The notes under the pieces are model-generated. The model saw only the letters and a program-made list of their open reading frames with translations, searched no databases and had not been told where the DNA came from. Of a stretch of 64,000 bases of DNA, positions 42,301-54,300 are shown piece after piece (the stretch's first letter is position 1; every line of letters starts with the position of its first letter). Position numbers and translations under genes: made by a program. The stretch is from Eledone cirrhosa (lineage: Eukaryota), in assembly GCA_964016885.1 (NCBI GenBank), contig OZ024753.1, positions 25,420,001 through 25,484,000 of the forward strand. Reading direction: 5' to 3'.

Positions 42301-45300
42301 GTCAAGAAGAAATTAAAGGAGAAGAGAAGGAGTGACACACGCCACCCCAGTTTCAACAGACAAGAAGAAATTAAAGAAGGAGAAGAGAAGGAGTGACACA
42401 CGCCACCCCAGTTTCAACAGACAAGAAGAAATTAAAGAAGGAGAAGAGAAGGAGTGACACACTCCACCCCAGTTTCAACAGACAAGAAGAAATTAAAGAA
42501 GGAGAAGAGAAGGAGTGACACACTCCACCCCAGTTTCAACAGACAAGAAGATATTAAAGTAGGAAAAGAGAAGGAGTGACACACTCCACCCCAGTTTCAG
42601 CAGTCAAGAAGAAATTAAAGGAGAAGAGAAGGAGTGACACACTCCGCCCCAGTTTCAACAGACAAGAAGAAATTAAAGAAGGAGAAGAGAAGGAGTGACA
42701 CACTCCACCCCAGTTTCAACAGACAAGAAGATATTAAAGTAGGAAAAGAGAAGGAGTGACACACTCCACCCCAGTTTCAGCAGTCAAGAAGAAATTAAAG
42801 GAGAAGAGAAGGAGTGACACACTCCACCCCAGTTCCAGCAGTCAAGAAGAAATTAAAGAAGGAGAAGAGAAGGAGTGACACACTCCACCCCAGTTTCAGC
42901 AGACAAGAGGAAATTAAAGAAGGAAAAGAGAAGGAGTGACACGCTGCACCCCAGTTTCAGCAGTCAAGAAGAAATTAAAGAAGGAGAAGAGAAGGAGTGA
43001 CACACTCCACCCCAGTTTCAACAGTCAAGAAGATATTAAAGAAGGAAAAGAGAAGGAGTGACACACTCCACCCCAGTTTCAGCAGACATGAAGAAATTAA
43101 AGAAGGAGAAGAGAAGGAGTGACACACTCCACCCCAGTTTCAGCAGTCAAGAAGAAATTAAAGAAGGAAATGAGAAGGAGTGACACACTCCACCCCAGTT
43201 TCAGCAGACAAGTAGAAATTAAAGAAGGAAAAGAGAAGGAGTGACACACTCTACCCCAGTTTCAGCAGTCAAGAAGAAATTAAAGAAGGAGAAGAGAAGG
43301 AGTGACACACTCCACCCCAGTTTCAGCAGACAAGAAGAAATTAAAGAAGGAGAAGAGAAGGAGTGACACACTCCACCCCAGTTTCAGCAGTCAAGAAGAT
43401 ATTAAAGAAGGAAAAGAGAAGGAGTGAGACACTCCACCCCAGTTTCAACAGACAAGAAGAAATTAAAGAAGGAGAAGAGAAGGAGTGACACACTCCACCC
43501 CAGTTTCAACAGACAAGAAGATATTAAAGTAGGAAAGGAGAAGGAGTGACACACTCCACCCCAGTTTCAACAGACAAGAAGAAATTAAAGAAGGAGAAGA
43601 GAAGGAGTGACACACTCCACCCCAGTTTCAACAGTCAAGAAGATATTAAAGTAGGAAAGGAGAAGGAGTGACACACTCCACCCCAGTTTCAGCAGTCAAG
43701 AAGAAATTAAAGGAGAAGAGAAGGAGTGACACACGCCACCCCAGTTTCAACAGACAAGAAGAAATTAAAGAAGGAGAAGAGAAGGAGTGACACACTCCAC
43801 CCCAGTTTCAGCAGTCAAGAAGAAATTAAAGGAGAAGAGAAGGAGTGACACACTCCACCCCAGTTTCAGCAGTCAAGAGGAAATTAAAGAAGGAAAAGAG
43901 AAGGAGTGACACACTCCACCTCAGTTTCAACAGACAAGAAGATATTAAAGTAGGAAAAGAGAAGGAGTGACACACTCCACCCCAGTTTCAGCAGTCAAGA
44001 GGAAATTAAAGAAGGAAAAGAGAAGGAGTGACACACTCCACCCCAGTTTCAGCAGTCAAGAAGATATTAAAGAAGGAGAGGAGAAGGAGTGACACACTCC
44101 ACCCCAGTTTCAGCAGTCAAGAAGAAATTAAAGAAGGAGAAGAGAAGGAGTGACACACTCCACCCCAGTTTCAGCAGTCAAGGAGAAATTAAAGAAGGAA
44201 AAGAGAAGGAGTGACACACTCCACCTCAGTTTCAGCAGTCAAGAAGATATTAAAGAAGGAGAGGAGGAGTGACACACTCCACCCCAGTTTCAGCAGTCAA
44301 GAAGAAATTAAAGGAGAAGAGAAGGAGTGACACACGCCACCCCAGTTTCAACAGACAAGAAGAAATTAAAGAAGGAGAAGAGAAGGAGTGACACACTCCA
44401 CCCCAGTTTCAGCAGTCAAGAAGAAATTAAAGGAGAAGAGAAGGAGTGACACACTCCACCCCAGTTTCAGCAGTCAAGAGGAAATTAAAGAAGGAAAAGA
44501 GAAGGAGTGACACACTCCACCTCAGTTTCAACAGACAAGAAGATATTAAAGTAGGAAAAGAGAAGGAGTGACACACTCCACCCCAGTTTCAGCAGTCAAG
44601 AGGAAATTAAAGAAGGAAAAGAGAAGGAGTGACACACTCCACCCCAGTTTCAGCAGTCAAGAAGATATTAAAGAAGGAGAGGAGAAGGAGTGACACACTC
44701 CACCCCAGTTTCAGCAGTCAAGAAGAAATTAAAGAAGGAGAAGAGAAGGAGTGACACACTCCACCCCAGTTTCAGCAGTCAAGGAGAAATTAAAGAAGGA
44801 AAAGAGAAGGAGTGACACACTCCACCTCAGTTTCAGCAGTCAAGAAGATATTAAAGAAGGAGAGGAGAAGGAGTGACACACTCCACCCCAGTTTCAGCAG
44901 TCAAGAAGGAATTAAAGAAGGAGAGGAGAAGGAGTGACACACTCCACCCCAGTTTCAGCAGTCAAGAAGATATTAAAGAAGGAGAGGAGAAGGAGTGACA
45001 CACTCCACCCCAGTTTCAGCAGTCAAGAAGAAATTAAAGAAGGAGAAGAGAAGGAGTGACACACTCCACCCCAGTTTCAGCAGTCAAGGAGAAATTAAAG
45101 AAGGAGAAGAGAAGGAGTGACACACCCCACCCGAGTTTCAACAGACAAGAAGAAATTAAAGAAGGAGAAGAGAAGGAGTGACACACTCCACCCCAGTTTC
45201 AACAGTCAAGAAGATATTAAAGAAGGAAAAGAGAAGGAGTGACACACTCCACCTCAGTTTCAACAGACAAGAAGAAATTAAAGAAGGAGAAGAGAAGGAG

Positions 45301-48300
45301 TGACACACTCCACCCCAGTTCCAGCAGTCAAGAAGAAATTAAAGAAGGAGAAGAGAAGGAGTGACACACTCCACCCCAGTTTCAGCAGACAAGAGGAAAT
45401 TAAAGAAGGAAAAGAGAAGGAGTGACACGCTGCACCCCAGTTTCAGCAGACATGAAGAAACTAAAGAAGGAGAGTAGAAGGAGTGACACACTCCACCCCA
45501 GTTTCAGCAGTCAAAAAGATATTAAAGAAGGAAAAGAGAAGGAGTGACACACTCCACACCAGTTTCAGCAGACAAGAGGAAATTAAAGAAGGAAAAGAGA
45601 AGGAGTGACACACTCCACACCAGTTTCAGCAGTCAAGAAGAAATTAAAGAAGGAAAAGAGAAGGAGTGACACGCTGCACCCCAGTTTCAGCAGACATGAA
45701 GAAACTAAAGAAGGACAGTAGAAGGAGTGACACACTCCACCCCAGTTTCAGCAGTCAAAAAGATATTAAAGAAGGAAAAGAGAAGGAGTGACACACTCCA
45801 CCCCAGTTTCAGCAGACAAGAGGAAATTAAAGAAGGAAAAGAGAAGGAGTGACACACTCCACCCCAGTTTCAACAGTCAAGAAGATATTAAAGAAGGAAA
45901 AGAGAAGGAGTGACACACTCCACCCCAGTTTCAGCAGACATGAAGAAACTAAAGAAGGAGAGTAGAAGGAGTGACACACTCCACCCCAGTTTCAGCAGTC
46001 AAAAAGATATTAAAGAAGGAGAGGAGAAGGAGTGACACACTCCACCCCAGTTTCATCAGTCAAGAAGAAATTAAAGAAGGAAAAGAGAAGGAGTGACACA
46101 CTCCACCCCAGTTTCAGCAGACAAGTAGAAATTAAAGAAGGAAAAGAAAAGGAGTGACACACTCCACCCCAGTTTCAGCAGTCAAGAAGATATTAAAGAA
46201 GGAGAAGAGAAGGAGTGACACACTCCACCCCAGTTTCAGCAGACAAGAAGAAATTAAAGGAGAAGAGAAGGAGTGACACACTCCACCCCAGTTTCAGCAG
46301 TCAAGAAGATATTAAAGAAGGAGAAGAGAAAGAGTGACACACTCCACCCCAGTTTCAACAGACAAGAAGAAATTAAAGAAGGAGAAGAGAAGGAGTGACA
46401 CACTCCACCCCAGTTTCAGCAGTCAAGAAGAAATTAAAGAAGGAGAAGAGAAGGAGTGACACACTCCACCCAAGTTTCAGCAGTCAAGGAGAAATTAAAG
46501 AAGGAGAAGAGAAGGAGTGACACACTCCACCCCAGTTTCAGCAGACAAGAGGAAATTAAAGAAGGAGAAGAGAAGGAGTGAGACACTCCACCCCAGTTTC
46601 AGCAGACAAGAAGAAATTAAAGAAGGAGAAGAGAAGGAGTGACACACTCCACCCCAGTTTCAGCAGACAAGAAGAAATTAAAGAAGGAGAAGAGAAGGAG
46701 TGACACACTCCACCCCAGTTTCAGCAGACAGGAAGAAATTAAAGAAGGAGAAGAGAAGGAGTGACACACTCCACCCCAGTTTCAGCAGACAAGAAGAAAT
46801 TAAAGGAGAAGAGAAGGAGTGACACACTCCACCTCAGTTTCAGCAGTCAAGAAGATATTAAAGAAGGAGAAGAGAAGGAGTGACACACTCCACCCCAGTT
46901 TCAACAGACAAGAAGATATTAACGAAGGAAAAGAGAAGGAGTGACACACTCCACCCCAGTTTCAGCAGTCAAAAGAAATTAAAGAAGGAGAAGAGAAGGA
47001 GTGACACACTCCACCCCAGTTTCAGCAGACAAGAAGAAATTAAAGAAGGAAAAGAGAAGGAGTGACACACTCCACCCCAGTTTCAGCAGTCAAAAGAAAT
47101 TAAAGAAGGAGAAGAGAAGGAGTGACACACTCCACCCCAGTTTCAGCAGACAAGAAGAAATTAAAGAAGGAAAAGAGAAGGAGTGACACACTCCACCCCA
47201 GTTTCAGCATTCAAGAAGATATTAAATAAGGAGAGGAGAAGGAGTGACACACTCCACCCCAGTTTCAGCAGTCAAGAAGAAATTAAAGAAGGAGAAGAGA
47301 AGGAGTGACACACTCCACCCCAGTTTCAGCATTCAAGAAGATATTAAATAAGGAGAGGAGAAGGAGTGACACACTCCACCCCAGTTTCAGCAGTCAAAAG
47401 AAATTAAAGAAGGAGAAGAGAAGGAGTGACACACTCCACCCCAGTTTCAGCAGTCAAGAAGAAATTAAAGAAGGAGAAGAGAAGGAGTGACACACTCCAC
47501 CCCAGTTTCAGCAGACAAGAAGAAATTAAAGAAGGAAAAGAGAAGGAGTGACACACTCCTCCCCAGTTTCGGCAGACAAGAGGAAATTAAAGAAGGAGAA
47601 GAGAAGGAGTGACACACTCCACCCCAGTTTCAGCAGACAAGAGGAAATTAAAGAAGGAGAAGAGAAGGAGTGACACACTCCACCCCAGTTTCAGCAGACA
47701 AGAGGAAATTAAAGAAGGAGAAGAGAAGGAGTGACACACTCCACCCCAGTTTCAGCAGTCAAAAGAAATTAAAGAAGGAGAAGAGAAGGAGTGACACACT
47801 CCACCCCAGTTTCAGCAGACAAGAAGAAATTAAAGAAGGAGAAGAGAAGGAGTGACACACTCCTCCCCAGTTTCAGCAGACAAGAGGAAATTAAAGAAGG
47901 AGAAGAGAAGGAGTGACACACTCCACCCCAGTTTCAGCAGTCAAAAGAAATTAAAGAAGGAGAAGAGAAGGAGTGACACACTCCTCCCCAGTTTCAGCAG
48001 ACAAGAGGAAATTAAAGAAGGAGAAGAGAAGGAGTGACACACTCCACCCCAGTTTCAGCAGACAAGAAGAAATTAAAGAAGGAGAAGAGGAGTGACACAC
48101 TCCGCCCCAGTTTCAGCAGACAAGAGGAAATTAAAGTAGGAAAAGAGAAGGAGTGACACACTCCTCCCCAGTTTCAGCAGACAAGAGGAAATTAAAGAAG
48201 GAGAAGAGAAGGAGTGACACACTCCACCCCAGTTTCAACAGACAAGAAGAAATTAAAGAAGGAAAAGAGAAGGAGTGACACACTCCTCCCCAGTTTCAGC

Positions 48301-51300
48301 AGACAAGAGGAAATTAAAGAAGGAGAAGAGAAGGAGTGACACACTCCACCCCAGTTTCAGCAGACAAGAAGATATTAAAGAAGGAGAAGAGAAGGAGTGA
48401 CACACTCCACCCCAGTTTCAACAGACAAGAAGATATTAAAGAAGGAGAAGAGAAGGAGTGACACACTCCACCCCAGTTTCAACAGACAAGAAGATATTAA
48501 AGAAGGAGTAGAGAAGGAGTGACACACTCCACCCCAGTTTCAACAGACAAGAAGATATTAAAGAAGGAGAAGAGAAGGAGTGACACACTCCACCCCAGTT
48601 TCAACAGACAAGAAGATATTAAAGAAGGAGAAGAGAAGGAGTGACACACTCCACCCCAGTTTCAGCAGACAAGAAGAAATTAAAGAAGGAAAAGAGAAGG
48701 AGTGACACACTCCGCCCCAGTTTCAGCAGTCAAGGAGAAATTAAAGAAGGAAAAGAGAAGGAGTGACACACTCCACCCCAATTTCAGCAGTGAAGAAGAA
48801 ATTAAAGAAGGAGAAGAGAAGGAGTGACACACTGCACCCCAGTTTCAACAGACAAGAAGATATTAAAGAAGGAGAAGAGAAGGAGTGACACACTCCACCC
48901 AGTTTCAACAGACAAGAAGATATTAAAGAAGGAGAAGAGAAGGAGTGACACACTCCACCCCAGTTTCAACAGACAAGAAGATATTAAAGAAGGAGAAGAG
49001 AAGGAGTGACACACTCCACCCCAGTTTCAACAGACAAGAAGAAATTAAAGAAGGAGAAGAGAAGGAGTGACACACTCCACCCCAGTTTCAGCAGTCAAGA
49101 AGAAGTTAAAGAAGGAGAAGAGAAGGAGTGACACACTCAACCCCAGTTTCAACAGACAAGAAGAAATTAAAGAAGGAAAAGAGAAGGAGTGACACACTCC
49201 GCCCCAGTTTCAGCAGTCAAGGAGAAATTAAAGAAGGAAAAGAGAAGGAGTGACACACTCCACCCCAATTTCAGCAGTGAAGAAGAAATTAAAGAAGGAG
49301 AAGAGAAGGAGTGACACACTGCACCCCAGTTTCAACAGACAAGAAGATATTAAAGAAGGAGAAGAGAAGGAGTGACACACTCCACCCCAGTTTCAACAGA
49401 CAAGAAGATATTAAAGAAGGAGAAGAGAAGGAGTGTCACACTCCACCCCAGTTTCAACAGACAAGAAGATATTAAAGAAGGAGAAGAGAAGGAGTGACAC
49501 ACTCCACCCGAGTTTCAACAGACAAGAAGAAATTAAAGAAGGAGAAGAGAAGGAGTGACACACTCCACCCCAGTTTCAGCAGTCAAGAAGAAGTTAAAGA
49601 AGGAGAAGAGAAGGAGTGACACACTCAACCCCAGTTTCAACAGACAAGAAGATATTAAAGAAGGAAAAGAGAAGGAGTGACATGCTGCACCCCAGTTCCA
49701 GCAGTCAAGAAGAAATTAAAGAAGGAAAAGAGAAGGAGTGACACGCTGCACCCCAGTTTCAGCAGTCAAGAAGAAATTAAAGAAGGAGAAGAGAAGGAGT
49801 GACACACTCCACCCCATTTTCAACAGTCAAGACGATATTAAAGAAGGAAAAGAGAAGGAGTGACACACTCCACCCCAGTTTCAGCAGAGAAAGAAGAAAT
49901 TAAAGAAGAAGAGAAGGAGTGACACACTCCACCCCAGTTTCAGCAGAGAAAGAAGAAATTAAAGAAGAAGAGAAGGAGTGACACACTCCACCCCAGTTTC
50001 AACAGACAAGAAGATATTAAAGAAGGAGAAGAGAAGGAGTGACACACTCCACCCCAGTTTCAGCAGACAAGAAGATATTAAAGAAGGAGAAGAGAAGGAG
50101 TGACACACTCCACCCCAGTTTCAGCAGTCAAGAAGAAATTAAAGAAGGAGAAGAGAAGGAGTGACACGCTGCACCCCAGTTTCAGCAGACAAGAAGAAAT
50201 TAAAGAAGGAGAGGAGAAGGAGTGACACACTCCACCCCAGTTTCAGCAGAGAAAGAAGAAATTAAAGAAGAAGAGAAGGAGTGACACACTCCACCCGAGT
50301 TTCAGCAGTCAAGAAGATATTAAAGAAGGAGAAGAGAAGGAGTGACACACTCCACCCCAGTTTCAGCAGTCAAGAAGAAATTAAAGAAGGAGAAGAGAAG
50401 GAGTGACACGCTGCACCCCAGTTTCAGCAGACAAGAAGAAATTAAAGAAGGAGAGGAGAAGGAGTGACACACTCCACCCCAGTTTCAGCAGTCAAGAAGA
50501 AATTAAAGAAGGAGAAGAGAAGGAGTGACACGCTGCACCCCAGTTTCAGCAGACAAGAAGAAATTAAAGAAGGAGAGGAGAAGGAGTGACACACTCCACC
50601 CCAGTTTCAGCAGTCAAGAAGAAATTAAAGAAGGAGAACAGAAGGAGTGACACACTCCACCCCAGTTTCAGCAGACAAGAAGAAATTAAAGAAGGAGAAG
50701 AGGAGTGACACACTCCGCCCCAGTTTCAGCAGACAAGAAGAAATTAAAGCAGGAGAAGAGAAGGAGTGACACACTCCACCCCAGTTTCAACAGTCAAGAA
50801 GATATTAAAGAAAGAAAAGAGAAGGAGTGACACACTCCTCCCCAGTTTCAGCAGTCAAAAGAAATTAAAGAAGGAGAAGAGGAGTGACACACTCCGCCCC
50901 AGTTTCAGCAGACAAGAAGAAATTAAAGAAGGAAAAGAGAAGGAGTGACACACTCCTCCCCAGTTTCAGCAGACAAGAGGAAATTAAAGAAGGAGAAGAG
51001 AAGGAGTGACACACTCCACCCCAGTTTCAGCAGACAAGAAGAAATTAAAGAAGGAGAAGAGAAGGAGTGACACACTCCACCCCAGTTTCAGCAGACAAGA
51101 AGATATTAAAGAAGGAAAAGAGAAGGAGTGACACACTCCACCCCAGTTTCAGCAGACAAGAAGAAATTAAAGAAGGAGAAGAGAAGGAGTGACACACTCC
51201 ACCCCAGGTTCAGCAGTCAAGAAGAAATTAAAGAAGGAGAGGAGAAGGAGTGACACACTCCACCCCAGTTTCGGCAGACAAGAAGATATTAAAGAAGGAA

Positions 51301-54300
51301 AAGAGAAGGAGTGACACACTCCACCCCAGTTTCAGCAGTCAGGAAGAAATTAAAGAAGAAGAGGAGGAGGAGTGACACACTCCACCCCAGTTTCAGCAGA
51401 CAAGAAGATATTAAAGTAGGAAAAGAGAAGGAGTGACACACTCCACCCCAGTTTCAGCAGTCAAGAAGAAATTAAAGAAGGAGAAGAGAAGGAGTGACAC
51501 ACTCCACCCCAGTTTCAACAGACAAGAAGAAATTAAAGAAGGAGAAGAGAAGGAGTGACACACTCCACCCCAGTTTCAGCAGTCAAGGAGAAATTAAAGA
51601 AGGAGAAGAGAAGGAGTGACACACTCCACCCCAGTTTCAACAGACAAGAAGATATTAAAGAAGGAGAAGAGAAGGAGTGACACACTCCACCCCAGTTTCA
51701 ACAGACAAGAAGAAATTAAAGAAGGAGAAGAGAAGGAGTGACACACTCCACCCCAGTTTCAGCAGTCAAGAAGAAATTAAAGGAGAAGAGAAGGAGTGAC
51801 ACACGCCACCCCAGTTTCAACAGACAAGAAGAAATTAAAGAAGGAGAAGAGAAGGAGTGACACACGCCACCCCAGTTTCAACAGACAAGAAGAAATTAAA
51901 GAAGGAGAAGAGAAGGAGTGACACACTCCACCCCAGTTTCAACAGACAAGAAGAAATTAAAGAAGGAGAAGAGAAGGAGTGACACACTCCACCCCAGTTT
52001 CAACAGACAAGAAGATATTAAAGTAGGAAAAGAGAAGGAGTGACACACTCCACCCCAGTTTCAGCAGTCAAGAAGAAATTAAAGGAGAAGAGAAGGAGTG
52101 ACACACTCCGCCCCAGTTTCAACAGACAAGAAGAAATTAAAGAAGGAGAAGAGAAGGAGTGACACACTCCACCCCAGTTTCAACAGACAAGAAGATATTA
52201 AAGTAGGAAAAGAGAAGGAGTGACACACTCCACCCCAGTTTCAGCAGTCAAGAAGAAATTAAAGGAGAAGAGAAGGAGTGACACACTCCACCCCAGTTTC
52301 AGCAGTCAAGGAGAAATTAAAGAAGGAGAAGAGAAGGAGTGACACACTCCACCCGAGTTTCAACAGACAAGAAGACATTAAAGAAGGAGAAGAGAAGGAG
52401 TGACACACTCCACCCCAATTTCAGCAGTCAAGAAGAAATTAAAGGAGAAGAGAAGGAGTGACACACGCCACCCCAGTTTCAACAGACAAGAAGAAATTAA
52501 AGAAGGAGAAGAGAAGGAGTGACACACTCCACCCCAATTTCAACAGTCAAGAAGATATTAAAGAAGGAGAAGAGAAGGAGTGACACACGCCACCCCAGTT
52601 TCAACAGACAAGAAGACATTAAAGAAGGAGAAGAGAAGGAGTGACACACTCCACCCCAATTTCAACAGTCAAGAAGATATTAAAGAAGGAAAAGAGAAGG
52701 AGTGACACACTCCACCTCAGTTTCAGCAGTCAAGAAGAAATTAAAGGAGAAGAGAAGAAGTGACACACTCCACCCCAGTTTCAACAGACAAGAAGAAATT
52801 AAAGAAGGAGAAGAGAAGGAGTGACACACTCCACCCCAGTTCCAGCAGTCAAGAAGAAATTAAAGAAGGAGAAGAGAAGGAGTGACACACTCCACCCCAG
52901 TTTCAGCAGACAAGAGGAAATTAAAGAAGGAAAAGAGAAGGAGTGACACGCTGCACCCCAGTTTCAGCAGTCAAGAAGAAATTAAAGAAGGAGAAGAGAA
53001 GGAGTGACACACTCCACCCCAGTTTCAACAGTCAAGAAGATATTAAAGAAGGAAAAGAGAAGGAGTGACACACTCCACCCCAGTTTCAGCAGACATGAAG
53101 AAATTAAAGAAGGAGAAGAGAAGGAGTGACACACTCCACCCCAGTTTCAGCAGTCAAGAAGAAATTAAAGAAGGAAATGAGAAGGAGTGACACACTCCAC
53201 CCCAGTTTCAGCAGACAAGTAGAAATTAAAGAAGGAAAAGAGAATGAGTGACACACTCTACCCCAGTTTCAGCAGTCAAGAAGAAATTAAAGAAGGAGAA
53301 GAGAAGGAGTGACACACTCCACCCCAGTTTCAGCAGACAAGAAGAAATTAAAGAAGGAGAAGAGAAGGAGTGACACACTCCACCCCAGTTTCAGCAGTCA
53401 AGAAGATATTAAAGAAGGAAAAGAGAAGGAGTGAGACACTCCACCCCAGTTTCAACAGACAAGAAGAAATTAAAGAAGGAGAAGAGAAGGAGTGACACAC
53501 TCCACCCCAGTTTCAACAGACAAGAAGATATTAAAGTAGGAAAGGAGAAGGAGTGACACACTCCACCCCAGTTTCAACAGACAAGAAGAAATTAAAGAAG
53601 GAGAAGAGAAGGAGTGACACACTCCACCCCAGTTTCAACAGACAAGAAGATATTAAAGTAGGAAAGGAGAAGGAGTGACACACTCCACCCCAGTTTCAGC
53701 AGTCAAGAAGAAATTAAAGGAGAAGAGAAGGAGTGACACACGCCACCCCAGTTTCAACAGACAAGAAGAAATTAAAGAAGGAGAAGAGAAGGAGTGACAC
53801 ACTCCACCCCAGTTTCAGCAGTCAAGAAGAAATTAAAGGAGAAGAGAAGGAGTGACACACTCCACCCCAGTTTCAGCAGTCAAGAGGAAATTAAAGAAGG
53901 AAAAGAGAAGGAGTGACACACTCCACCTCAGTTTCAACAGACAAGAAGATATTAAAGTAGGAAAAGAGAAGGAGTGACACACTCCACCCCAGTTTCAGCA
54001 GTCAAGAGGAAATTAAAGAAGGAAAAGAGAAGGAGTGACACACTCCACCCCAGTTTCAGCAGTCAAGAAGATATTAAAGAAGGAGAGGAGAAGGAGTGAC
54101 ACACTCCACCCCAGTTTCAGCAGTCAAGAAGAAATTAAAGAAGGAGAAGAGAAGGAGTGACACACTCCACCCCAGTTTCAGCAGTCAAGGAGAAATTAAA
54201 GAAGGAAAAGAGAAGGAGTGACACACTCCACCTCAGTTTCAGCAGTCAAGAAGATATTAAAGAAGGAGAGGAGAAGGAGTGACACACTCCACCCCAGTTT

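Noticed and set aside
8403-50948. Dozens of 60-61-aa K/E-rich ORFs (MTHSTPVS...)
   Set aside because: They start at GTG inside satellite monomers and exist only where a 60-bp variant delays the TAA/TGA stops present in the monomer. A 61-bp unit cannot keep frame, so this is not a repeat protein gene.
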